Positions 47,223 to 59,760 of a DNA stretch of 64,000 nt are shown here, piece by piece. Origin of the DNA: the human T2T-CHM13v2.0 reference genome, Homo sapiens; the NCBI RefSeq assembly GCF_009914755.1, contig NC_060946.1; one strand, given 5' to 3'. Positions within the stretch are counted from its first letter, which is position 1; the number at the start of each line of letters is the position of its first letter. The notes under the pieces were generated by a model. The model was given only the letters and a program-made list of their open reading frames with translations. It did no database searches and was not told where the DNA came from. A program made the position numbers and the translations under genes.

Positions 47223-48583
47223 CCATCTGTACCAGCATGCTCCTGTCTCTTCTCCCAGATAAACCCAAGGCTGAATCCCTGATCTCCTTTAAGTCACCTT
47301 TTTAGTGAGCCCTTGGCCACATGTTTAAAATTATCCTTTACCTCAAATGCATTATCGCTGTCTAAAAGTCCATATATTTCACATAAACATTTTAAAAACT
47401 GTCTGCAGTCTCCATAAAAGCAGGCTTTTTGCTGCTTTTGGCCCATGACTATATCCCCAGGGCCAATAACGATGCCCAGCACAGGGTCAGCACTCAATTA
47501 AGATGAACTGAACAAACAGAAGAACAAAAGCGACTGCCTGCTCAACTCTACAGAAACCAGGAAGCCTCCAAGAAACGGATCAATTTCCAAGAAAAGAGAA
47601 ATTACCCAAAGGATCCGGGAAGGGAGAATCTAAACAGACCAGTTGCCAAGAAGAAAGAGAGAAACTGTCAAACAGCAAATCCGAACTCTAAAATAAGAGA
47701 AATGCAAATTAAAGCCATAACGAGAGAGGATTTCAGAGCGCAGACAAAAGGGAGCATCCGCATTCCTTCACTTGCCACCCTGACACTGATCAAAAGGGCT
47801 GAGCACCCAATGCATTTGCTGGTTTGGGTTTCTGCTTCACTGCTGGTGGGGGGGATGCTGGGGTCATTTCTTTGGAAGGCAATTTGACACATGCCTACGG
47901 TACAGATGCCCACATCCTCTGACCCAGCAGTCTCACGTAACGATTATCCTACAGACATGCTCACAAGGGCAACATAGGTACAAGCACATTCATCACACAA
48001 AGGTGGGTCACAGCAGAAGATTAGGATCAGTGAAGTCTCCATCAGCAGGATGCCAGGTCAAAAACAACAGCTCCTGCACAATGGAGAGCCATGCAGAGAC
48101 CAGGCAGGCTTGGGCAGCTGTCCTCAGCCACCTCCCATGCTCTGCTTTCCTTTCCTGGGTGTTAGTCATTGAGATTCATGATTTGTGGCATTAATGCCAC
48201 TTACACGCTGAGCCCTCTGCCCTGAACCTTAGTCTTGAATTCCCACCCTTCCTCCCCTGGGCAATTTCTGTACTTTCCGCTCAATTTTTCTGTAAACCTA
48301 AAACTGCTTTAAAAAAACAAAATCTATTCATTACCTAGATAACAAAATTCGTAAGACAGTGAGATGTCACTTTAAATCCATCAAATCGGCCAAACTTAGG
48401 AGATCAGATGATTTGAAAGGTAAGTGAACACCCGCGAAGGGGACTCACCACCATGCTCTGTGGACGATCCGGCAACCTCTGTGTACTTCCCAAAGAAGCC
48501 CGGGAGCTGGTCTTCAGGGGCAACCCGTCACCTTCCTAGGGAACTGCATTAGCATGAGCTGCTTCTTTTTAAGAAACGTTTAA

Positions 48584-49045
<462 letters not shown>

Positions 49046-49047
49046 AT

Positions 49048-49413
49048 CTTTTAAGTTCAGGGGTACACGTGCAGGACGTGCAGGTTTGTGACACAGCTAA
49101 ATGTGTGTCATGGGGGTTTGTTGTACAGATTATTTCATCACCCAGACATGAAACCTAGTACCCATTAGTTATTTTTTCCTGGTCCTCCCCCTCCTCCCAC
49201 CTTCCGCCCTTCAGTGGGCCCCAGTGTGTGTCCTTCCCCTCTATGTATCCATGTGTTCTCATCATTTAGCTCCCACTTATAAGTGAGAGCATGTGGTATT
49301 GGGTTTTCTGTTCCTGTGTTAGTTTGCTAAGAATAATGGCTTCCAGCTCCATGCATGTCCCTGCAAAGGACATGATCTTGTTCTTTTTTATGGCTGCATA
49401 GTATTCCATGGTG
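49048..49413 (-). mobile_element. Older L1PA 3' end
   Basis: ttaagttcaggggtacacgtgcagg...ggctgcatagtattccatggtg; peptide MEYYAAIKKNKIMSFAGT. Confidence 0.85.
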
Positions 49414-49887
49414 CCTATACAGTCTTCCATACAGTTCTCAGAAGTGAGGGTGCAAGAGCGCCTATGGCAGAATGCATAGGTCTTGCACATAAAACGTTGG
49501 GTCAAAGGTGAGAAATACTATACATGACAAGTGAAAACACTTCCATGTTCCCAGCATTGTGCATAATTTGGGCATCACACTCAATTAAGATGAAAGAGTG
49601 GGGTGGACGGAGTAGGCTTGGAGGGTGGGAGAATGGGCAGGTACAGTAAGGGACCCATCACAGCCACTGATGTTGGAGCTAGGGACCAGGAGGTGTGACC
49701 AGCTCAACATTCTAGACCTAAGGGTTGGAAACCAGAATGAAGCCTGGCTGACTCGACCATGAGGCTGAAAAGCTGAGAACATCACACAAGGCAAGTGAAA
49801 AAGGGAAGCGCGTCCTCACCTGCCCTCCTATGTTCTTAGGTGGAAACTTACAACAGGGTGGCCACATGGTAGAAATGGCCAGAAGCA

Positions 49888-50196
49888 GGCCAGGGGCAGT
49901 GGCTCACGCCTGTAATCCCAGCACTTTGGGAGGCTGAGGTGGGTGGATCACGAGGTCAGGAGTTCGAGACCAACTCAAACATGGTGAAACCCCATCTCTA
50001 CTAAAAATACAAAAATTAGCCAGAGGCAGTGGTGCACACCTGTAATCCCAGCTACTCAGGAGGCTGAGGCAGGAAAATCACTTGAACCCGGGAGGTGAAG
50101 GTTGCAGTTGAGCCAATATTGCGCCACTGCACTCCAGCCTGGGCAACAGAGCAAGACTCTGTCTCAAAAAAAAAAAAATTATTGGAAAAAAAAAAA
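49888..50196 (+). mobile_element. AluS SINE
   Basis: Full dimer; TSD agaa(g/a)cag. Confidence 0.9.
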
Positions 50197-50409
50197 GAAA
50201 CAGCCAGAGGCCCAAGGGAGCTGGGAAAGAGCAGGATGGGGGCTGCTTCCTGGGTGGAGCCCTCGGTTGCACAAATGGGTTCTGAGAAGTGCTTCCTGCC
50301 CCTGGGCTTGTGCATGGCATGGCTGTGTGTGGGGACAGGCAGATATTCTCACATGCCAAGGGAAGCTGAGAAGGAAGAGGACTTTGGGTTGCATTAATAG
50401 AAATATATG

Positions 50410-51030
50410 TACCAAAATAGAGCAGATGACCCAAGGTTCTTCTGATCTTTGTGGTGGCTGGACCACAATGTCAGAATTTCAGCTTAGGAGGGCTTGCAAC
50501 CAAGTGTCCAATTTTCCTAGAACTTATCTTTACCTTTTTTCTTTTTCCCTGTGTGTTCACCTCTTAGCTCTTCAGGAATGCAATTGTAACATTTACCTCC
50601 TCTCCACCAGGCACTCCCTGCACTGCAAGCGTATCTAACTATAGTTCGATTTGCTTAGAAATTCTCAGGACAAAATGTTGAACCAAACCAGGCACCCTCC
50701 GGGATTCTCCCCCACCAGGAGATTGGCTCGAGACAACAGCTTACAGCTTAGCTCTGTCCACCATGGCGCCCTCCAGACTACCCAATTGAGAAGACACAGA
50801 AGCAAGTCAGGTGGACCCCGCACCTCCTCACCCCCTCCCCTGCATGCTTTTCACACCAAGTTCCCTTTTAAAGACTCCACTTTCCTCCCCAAAAGCTGAA
50901 GCAATTCCCTTAAGTCAGGAGCCTGTATGTTCCCCCTTAACCAAGCTCTGGAATAAAGTCCCTTTCTTTCTACCAGACCTCTCTCTGTTCATTGGATTCT
51001 GCAAGAGGCTGGACATGGGTTCAGTTACGG
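50410..51030 (+). mobile_element. ERV1-type solo LTR (family not resolved; 5' boundary uncertain)
   Basis: TATA-like cctttaaa, AATAAA at 50952, and a U5-like end cattggattctgcaag...ttcagttac. Confidence 0.55.
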
Positions 51031-51784
51031 CCTGACCCAAGAGCCCATCTCCAACCTCCATGCTGCACAGGAAAGGAAGAATGTGACATGGACTCATTCT
51101 CAGCCCAGGACCTGGTGACTATTCAGTCTCTGACCTTGGAGACCCTGTCTGCAGGCACGGACGGTGCCATTAGGCTGGAAAAGGTTGGAACAGAGGGAGC
51201 CCAGGGGCTGAGGGAAGAGGGACAAAGTCAGAGGAGGCTTGGAGAGGAGGTCCAGGTGATGGTCGAGGCCTCTGCTTGGTTTCCCCCAGGAATGGTAAGC
51301 TCACTCCTTTACAGGCCATTCCCTTTTAAGCTGCTCAGTTCCCTGGAAAACTTTTACAACGCAGAGCCAAACCCTTGCCTGTGGGCCACAGTCTGGACTT
51401 CCTGGCCCATGGTGGCCCTTCTGGGATAAGGGTGGCAGCAGCCATGCCCCTCCTCACTCCTTTTTGCTGCTGCAGGCTGATATGTTAAAGAGGTTGTCCA
51501 TTCTGGGGTGGGGGCAGCCTCACCCGACTTTGGCAGAGGCCTCCCGATGGCTGCCCCTGTGTGGCAGTCTTTGCATTCCCCAGAGCGGTGTCCCTGGAGG
51601 GCAAAGCAGCTTTGGTCACTCCCCGGGGATACACCTCCGTTTGGGAATGACAAGCACCAAATTCAGGCTGGTGGACCCAGGAGGGGAGGTGTGCCACTGG
51701 GGCATGCTGAGGGTCGCTATGGCATTGACGCGGCTCTATTTCTCATGCCAGTGGTGAAAATGTGGTGTTTGCTTCATTACTTTT

Positions 51785-51895
51785 TATACCTCATATATAT
51801 ACATATATGTGTATACATATGTATGTGTATATATACATATATGTGTATACATATGTATGTGTATATAATACACACATATATACGTATATATACTA
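51785..51895. repeat. (TA/TG/CA)n low-complexity repeat
   Basis: atatatatacatatatgtgtatacatatgtatgtgtata... Confidence 0.85.
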
Positions 51896-53821
51896 GATTC
51901 TCTTGCAGAAAATGAAATATTTCAAAATCAATGACTTTTTAAAAAAAACATTCTACTTACAGTTTCTTAGAGGGTAAAATTTTGATGTCTTAGCTGGGCC
52001 TCAGGGCTTCTTACCAACAGGACTCTTACCGCTTTCAGTTTTGTGGTCTCCACTCCAAAGGAGTCTTTCCAGAAAGCCCCAGTGTGTTCTTCACATTACT
52101 GGGAACACCCTCCCCTATCTCCACCTAGAAAACTCCTACACATCCTTCAAGACCTCACTCACTGGGCGCCCCTTCAGCGCAGCTTGTCTGACTCCCACAG
52201 GCCTTTGTAACACCCTGTACCACACAGCACCGTAGAGTCCCATGGCAGAGACGTCCACGGCCTCAATGTCAGACAAGCCCGGGTTCAGGTCCCAGCTCTG
52301 CCCCTCACAAGCTGTGTGACCCTGGGCAAGTCATTAACCTCTCTGGGCCTTAGGCACCCATCTAATACCACTGTAGGCCATCCTCACCGCTGCCCAGCAG
52401 GGCTATCACTCCTGTGGACACAGCCCAGCCCATCAGCCCACAGTAGCCCCGGGAACGCTTCCACATTGCACAGCCTTCTGGAAGGAATCTTTGGCAAATG
52501 TCAACTCTTGTTCTGCTTTCATGGCAAGCACGCCTTGGTCACATGCGGGGCTGTAGCCTGTGAGTGCAGGAAGCTGTTCCTGTGTGGCCATCGACTCCTG
52601 CCACGGAGAGCACTCGCCTGCCCTGATGCGGGAGTCACGTGTCCTCCTAGGCACTCTGCAGGTCGCCTTGCCCCTCATTGCCAGTCCCGTAGACCCCGAG
52701 GCCCAGGCCCACCAGTGCTCCCCTCACTCAGTGTCAACTCTTGGCCCCTCGCACTAGGCCTTCCAATAAGCCAAAACTGTGGCGCCTTCGCCAGGCCTGG
52801 GCTGGGTGCTGGGGGCTCAGAACTGAGTCAGGTGCGGGCCCTGCCCTCGAGGGCTCCAAGCTGGTGGGGGAGCCACACCAGGACCCCAAAACAAGAGCAG
52901 CAGACCCACGCTGTGTCAGTGGTGAGTGTCTAGCAGTCTTGGGGCCCTGGCCGGGGTGGAGATTGGGGAAAAAGTGATCGGGAGCAGCCACAGAGCTGGG
53001 CCCTGGACAAGGTTTGTTGGGACGACAGGTCACTCTGGGCAGATGGAACAGCCTCAGCCAAGGCCATTCAGAGGATCACAAGGAGCATGGCTGTCGCGGC
53101 ACAAGATGCTCCCGGCAGGGGTGAGTATGGAGAGGCAGCAGCCACAAGGCCTTCATCTGCCAGAAGGTGTCTGGACCTGATCCCGAGGCTGTGGGGAGTT
53201 GACATAGAAGATCATTCCTAATTCTCAAACCGGCAAGATTAGAGCTGCAGGGTCCTGATTATCTCCTCTGCGCCGGGCACTGTGCCAAGCACTTCCCATG
53301 CGTGTGTAGCCTCAGTTCTCTCAGCAGCCTCAGGGGTGGGGACCACTAGTCCCTGCAACTTGCTGATGAGGCAACTGAAGCTCAGAGAGACAATGTCACT
53401 AGCCCAAAACTGCCTATCTAGCTAGCAGTGGAGCTTGGCCTGTGCTGCTGACCACAGGGCCACACAGCCAGCCCCTCTCGTCCAGGGCAGTGGCCTGGGC
53501 AGGCTGGGGAGCAGCAGGCTGCCCTGCTGGCCCTAGTGAGAGAGGAGCTGAGCCTGGAATCGGAAGCAGGGCCCACGGGGTGAGGAGGGTCTGCAGCTGG
53601 CAGGCCTGGTGGGCTGGTACCTGCAACCTAAGTGGGAAGGTAACAGAGCACCTGGCAATTTGAATAACAATGAAAGCTTCCAGAATGCAGACCCTCTGTG
53701 ACAATAACCCTTCCTGCAGACAAAAGCAGAGGAGTCATGAGGCACAACACGCCTCATTCCAGGTGAACTGGAGACAATGTGTTCCCCAGCAGCGGCAGCG
53801 GCTTCTGATAGTTGGCGCTGA

Positions 53822-54152
<331 letters not shown>

Positions 54153-54254
54153 TAAATTTTTCTAAGGGATTCTCACAGGGACCTGAAAGGAGGAGATGCT
54201 ATTAATCCTACTTGTAAATGTGTCCCTGCAAACAGTACAGGGACATCAAGGAAC

Positions 54255-54715
54255 CTATTCGGGGCAAGATGGCCATCCCAAGGAACGCTACCTCAATACG
54301 GAGAAAGAGACTCTGCTGACACGATAGAGTTGAGGGTTTTGGGAGAGGGAGATGAGGCTGGATTAACTGGCTAGGCCTGCTGCCATCACAGGGTCCTAAG
54401 TGAGAAAGGCAGGAGGCTCAGAGTCAGCGGAGGGGATGTGGCCACGGGAGCAGAGGTCGGAGAGATGTCCTTGCATCTGGAAGGGGCCAAAAGCCAAGGA
54501 ATGTGGGTGCCTCTGGGAACTGGAGCAGGCAAGGAAATGGACTCACCCCCGCAGCCTCCAGCAGGGCCCCGTGCTGCTGATAACTTGACATGAGGTGTTC
54601 ATGAGTCTCCTTTCCAACTGCTGTCCTCCGGATCTGTACAAAACTAAATCTATGTTGTTTTAAGCTACTGCATTTGTGATAGTTTATTACAGCAGCTACG
54701 GGACACTCACATAAT
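54255..54715 (+). mobile_element. MLT1C/D-like MaLR LTR
   Basis: aagccaaggaatgtgggtgcctctgggaactggagcaggcaaggaaatggactc...ttttaagctactgcatttgtgatagtttattacagcagc. Confidence 0.75.
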
Positions 54716-55539
54716 ACCCAAGAGAGATGTGTGCATTCATTTCACCAGGAGACCTGGATGCGAAGGTTCACAGCAGCTTTACTGATGACGGTTAGAAGGT
54801 GGAAACAACAGAAGTTTCCTCAAAAGGTGATGGAGAAACATGGCGTGGTATGTCCACACAATGCAATGGGCACAGATCCAGGCTGATGACTATCACTGGG
54901 CACAGATCCAGGCTGGGGCCAAGATGGGAACCTTCATCTTTTGCTTCCTGGCCAGAGTGCTCTGCCCCAGCACCTGCCTTGTCAAAGCCCTGGTGGACCC
55001 ATGGGATGGCCCAGTTCTTGCACCTTCACTGGGAGGAAAGCAGAGACAATGACTCCATTTTACAGTTGGGTAAAGAGAGGCTCAGGGCCATGCTGCCCAG
55101 GGAGGAGCTGAAGAGAGACCCGAGGCCTGCTGGGGACCAGATCTTCTCAATGGTGGTTCCTTTTGGCATCCTCTCTCCAAGCCCAGTGCAGAGCCTGGCA
55201 CGTGGGAGAGCTTTATGGGAGTTTGCTGAATAAATGACAGAGAGCAGGTGTGGTGTGAGCTCTGGTGGCTGGACTCACCTTCCCATCCCCTGCAGACCTG
55301 TCCTCCTGACAGGGTCCAATGTGCACGGGTTTGGGACACAGTTGGAGTGTCCTGACGGATGTAGTCACTCTCAGGGGATGTCAGTCCACGGACACAGATG
55401 CAGCAAGGTCCCTGGAGCCCTGCCGGCCTCCCTGCACACCCTCTGCACTCTGAGGAATGCTCTCTGCCGGGATGGGGCACCTCGGGCATGGCATGGGAGG
55501 CCTCTAATGTGGCCCAAGATGTTTAACCAGAGTCCTACA

Positions 55540-55795
55540 GGCCCCAGCCTGAATTGGGCCCAGCAATTCACAAGCTGTGTGACCTTGGACGAGGTCCCCA
55601 ACACACACACCAGAGCCCCAGCAATTCACAAGCCGTGTGACCTTGGACGACGTCCCCAACACACACACCAGAGCCCCCAACACACAAACAGACACACACC
55701 AGAGCCCCCAAAACACACACACCAGACCCCAGCACACACACACCAACTGTTGACTTTTCCCTTCTGCCCTCAGTTCCCCCATCTGTAAAATGTGG
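55540..55795 (+). mobile_element. MIR interrupted by inverted VNTR units
   Basis: MIR core agctgtgtgaccttggac...cctcagttcccccatctgtaaaatg, split by ccccaacacacacaccagagcccc repeats. Confidence 0.8.
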
Positions 55796-55833
55796 CTGCT
55801 CACAGCCCCCTACTCTGATTCTACATTGAGGCC

Positions 55834-56383
55834 TGTGGTATGCAGCCCTAAGACAGCCTCCAAAGAATCCACCTGCAGCTACTCACACCCTCCTTTGGTA
55901 CCCAAAGGAGAACAAAGGATGGGGACAGAGCCAAGTGGCTCGCTTGTAACAAATGGATAGAATAGAAGTGACAGGCATGGGATGTCCCTTCCAAGGTTAG
56001 GCTCCAAAAAAGTGGGTTCCACTGGGCTTTGCACCTTGAACTCTCTCTCCCAGAGCCCTCTTTTTGGGTGGTCAGCTGTCATGCCATGAGCTACCCTGCG
56101 GAGAGGCCCACCCAGTGAGCAACTGACACCGCCAGCCAACACGTGAACCTACTACCAGCCACCTGAGTGAGCTGGGAAGTGTATCCTCCCCAGCAGTGCC
56201 TTGAGAATGACCACAGTCTCAGCCAATGCTTTGACTGCAGCCTCCTGAGAGACCCCAAGCCAGGAGACCCAGCAAAGCCACACCCTGACTTACACCTTTC
56301 TGACTCACAGAAAGAGTTAAACGCTTGTTTTAAGCTGCTGACTTGTGGGGTACCTTGTTACACAGCACCAGCTAGCTAATACA
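55834..56383 (+). mobile_element. MLT1E/F-like solo LTR
   Basis: tgtggtatgcagccc...ttgttacacagcaccagctagctaataca; TSD aggcc on both sides. Confidence 0.85.
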
Positions 56384-57096
56384 AGGCCTCAGGGCAGTGC
56401 TAGAGATTCTGGGAGAGGGAGGATCTTGGAGATTGTGCATCTGGACATCCCTCTACTCTACCCTCAGGGAACGAGCCTCTGACCTTGGCCTGCACACCCC
56501 AGTGATGGGGAGCTCCCTGCTTACTGAGGCCAGCAAATCTGCTGTGGAGCCAGGCTGCCTGGGAAGGTCTTCCCTCTGCCTCCTGCTTCCTCTTCCTACT
56601 GGTGCCAGCATGGCTCTGGGGGTTCCCTGGCACCAGCCCCATCCTTCAGGGATGTGTGGGTTCCGCCAGAGTGAGCTGGCGTCTGGATCAGGCTTCTCTG
56701 CATCACACTTTCATCCCCTTTTCTGCTTTTTTCTGCTTCAGGGGAGAGTTGTTGGGAGGCAACTGAGGGCTCTGGCCCAGCCTTGCCATTCAGTGTGCAC
56801 CTGGCAGAGAGGACCCCAGGATGCACCAATCTTCACTCAGCCTTAGCTCGAAGTCACCATCTCCACCCGCCTCAGTTTACTCATCTGCTACATGGAGATT
56901 TCTGTGAGGACATGAGACACTGCATGTAACAACACTTGGCACACAGAAAACACTCAAGAAATGTATGTCTATTGAGTCGGGAGAAAACATTCACAGCGGG
57001 GCCGCGGACATGCTTGAGGGAATTTTTACTTTGTCTTTAGCAAAATATCTTGCTGGGCCATCTAGATGGATGCAGATGGGGAGGGGACGAGGCAGT

Positions 57097-59170
57097 GGGG
57101 GTGTGTGTGTGTTTCTTGGGGGGGCTCTGTGTCTGTTGAGGGGCTCTGGTGTGTGTGTTGCGGGCTCTGGTGTGTGTCTTGGGGGCTCTGGTGTGTGTGT
57201 TGGGGGCTCTGGTGTGTGTGTTGGCTCTGGTGTGTGTGTTGGAGGGCTCTGGGGTGTGTGTTGGGGGCTCTGGTGTGTGTTGGGGGCTCTGGTGTGTGTT
57301 GGGGGCTCTGGTGTGTGTGTGTTGGGGACTCTGGTGTGTGTGTGTTGGGGGCTCTGGTGTGTGTGTGTTGGGGGCTCTGGTGTGTGTGTGTTGGGGGCTC
57401 TGGTGTGTGTGTGTTGGGGGCTCTGGTGTGTGTGTGTTGGGGGCTCTGGTGTGTGTGTGTGTTGGGGGCTCTGGTGTGTGTGTGTGTTGGGGGCTCTGGT
57501 GTGTGTGTTGGAGGCTCTGGTGTGTGTGTTGGGGGCTCTGGTGTGTGTGTGTTGGGGGCTCTGGTGTGTATGTGTTGGGGGCTCTGGTGTGTGTGTTGGG
57601 GGCTCTGGTGTGTGTGTTGGGGGCTCTGGTGTGTGTGTTGGGGGCTCTGGTGTGTGTGTGTTGGGAGGCTCTGGTGTGTGTGTTGGGGGCTCTGGTGTGT
57701 GTGTTGGGGGCTCTGGTGTGTGTGTGTTGGGGGCTCTGGTGTGTGTGTGTTGGGGGCTCTGGTGTGTGTGTGTTGGGGGCTCTAGAGTGTGTGTGTTGGA
57801 GGCTCTGGTGTGTGTGTGGGGGGCTGTGGTATGTGTGTTGGAGGCTCTGATGTGTCGGGGGCTCTGTGCGTATTGGGGACTCTGTTGTGTGTGTGTTGGA
57901 GGGCTTTGGTATGTGTGTTGGGCCCTGTGTGTGTGTATTGCGGGCTCTGGTGTATATGTTGGGGTCTCTGTGTTGGGGGGCTCTGGTGTGTGTGTTGGGG
58001 GGCTCTGGTGTATATGTTGGGGGCTCTGTTGGGGGGCTCTGGTGTGTGTGTTGGGGGGCTCTGGTGTATATGTTGGGGGCTCTGTGTTGGGGACTCTGGT
58101 GTGTGTTGGGGGCTCTGTGTATTGGGGGCTCTGGTGTGTTGGGGGGCTCTGGTGTATATGTTGGGGACTCTGGAGGCTCTGGGGTGTGTGTGTGTGTGTG
58201 TTGGAGGCTCCACTGTGTGTTGGCTCTGGTGTGTATGTGTTGGGGGCTGTGTGTGTGTGTGTTGGGGGCTCTGGTGTGTATGTTTTGGGCTCTGTGTGTG
58301 TTGGGGGCTGTGGTGTGTGTGTGTGTGTTGGAAACTGTTGTGTCAGGGAGCTCTGGTGTGTGTGTTGGGGGCTCTGTATTGGGGCTCTGGTGTGTGTGTT
58401 AGGGGGCTCTGGTGTGTGTGTTGGGGGCTCTGTGTGTATTGGGGGCTCTGGTGTGTATGTTGGGGGCTCGTGTGTGTGTTGGAAGCTCTGGTGTATGTGT
58501 TGGGGGCTCTGGTGTGTGTGTTGGGGGCTCTGGTGTGTGTTTTGGGAGGCTCTGGTGTGTGTGTGTTGGGGGCTCTGGTGTGTATGTGTTGGAGGCTCTG
58601 CTGTGTATGAGTGTTGGGGGCTCTCCTGTGTGTGTGTGTGTTGGAGGCCTCTGGTGTGTATGTGTTGGAGGCTCTGGTGTGTGTGTGTTGGGGGCTCTGG
58701 TGTGTGTGTTGGGGGCTCTGGTGTGTGTGTTGGGGGCTCTGGTGTGTGTGTGTTGGAGGCTCTGGTGTGTGTGTGTTGGAGGCTCTGGTGTGTATGTTGG
58801 GGGCTTTGGTGTGTGTGTGTTGGGAGCTGTGGGTTGTATGCGGGGCTCTGGTGTGTGTGTTGGGCTCTGGTGTGTGTGTTGGGGGGATCTGGTGTGTGTG
58901 TGTGTTTGGGGCTCTGGTGTTTTTGAGTGTTGGGGGCTCTGGTGTGTGTGTGTGTTGGAGGCTCTGGTGTGTGTGTGTTGGAGGCTCTGGTGTGTATGTG
59001 TTGAAGGCTCTGGTGTGTGTGTGTTGGAGGCTCTTGTGTGTGTTCGAGGCTCTGGTGTGTCTGTGTGTTGGAGGCTCTGGTGTGTGTGTTGGGGGGCTCT
59101 GGTGTATGTGTTGGGGGCTCTGGTGTGTGTATTGGGGGCTGTGTGTTGGGGGCTGTGTGTGTGTTGGGGC
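57097..59170 (+). repeat. ~2.07-kb VNTR, unit GGGGGCTCTG-G(TG)n-TT of ~19-27 bp, on the order of 90 copies
   Basis: Direct inspection; the plus strand is almost entirely G/T. Confidence 0.97.
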
Positions 59171-59259
59171 ACCAAGGCACATTGTAGGTGCTCTGGGAGA
59201 GCCTCTCCCTGGCTGTTTGACTTTGGACACGTGCTTTGGCCTCTCTGAGCCTGAGTTTC

Positions 59260-59760
59260 CAGCAAAATGGCAAGAAAAACGCCGCTGGCGAGATGGCGGC
59301 ACGGGGGAAATGGCCGTGCTCTGCAAACTCCCTCGCGCCCCAGTCAGCTCCCCTGGTCTCCAGGAAATACCAAAATAAAGATCCTGCTTGAGGACAATGA
59401 GAATTATTTTGTGCTTTATAGGGCGCCGCATAATCTAAATAATGACACACGGAAACTTTGTTTCCTTCAGGAAGAAGCTGGCGGGCAACCCAGCTATAGT
59501 AAAAGGCAAGCGGTGGGGTGGAGATGACAAAGCTATTTGGTGCCAGCTATGCCCAGCGGCTTCTGGCAGACAGGACAGTGCCTGCTGTGTTGCTGGAGCC
59601 CACGGATTGTACCTGGGATGGGGACGTGGGCATGGGAAGCAAGGGACATCGCAGGAGCGACAGGCGGAGGGCAGGACACGCAGCCCACATCCGAGGCCAG
59701 ATCCCATGCCCCTCGGCTGCCCTGATCCTCTCGCGGCTTCCAGACCCCATTCGCCCTGGG
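59260..59760. promoter_or_regulatory. CpG-enriched unique segment with clustered YY1-like motifs
   Basis: aaaatggc, agatggcggc and aaatggccg within ~55 bp; locally dense CpG. Confidence 0.35.

Noticed and set aside
56965-59450. 653-aa and 819-aa ORFs as real genes
   Set aside because: They are translations of a stop-poor tandem repeat that is open in nearly all frames; no domains are present, and the 819-aa frame starts at GTG.
59267-59527. MARKTPLAR...GG resembling a histone H3 N-terminus
   Set aside because: The similarity does not extend beyond a few residues and there is no histone fold.
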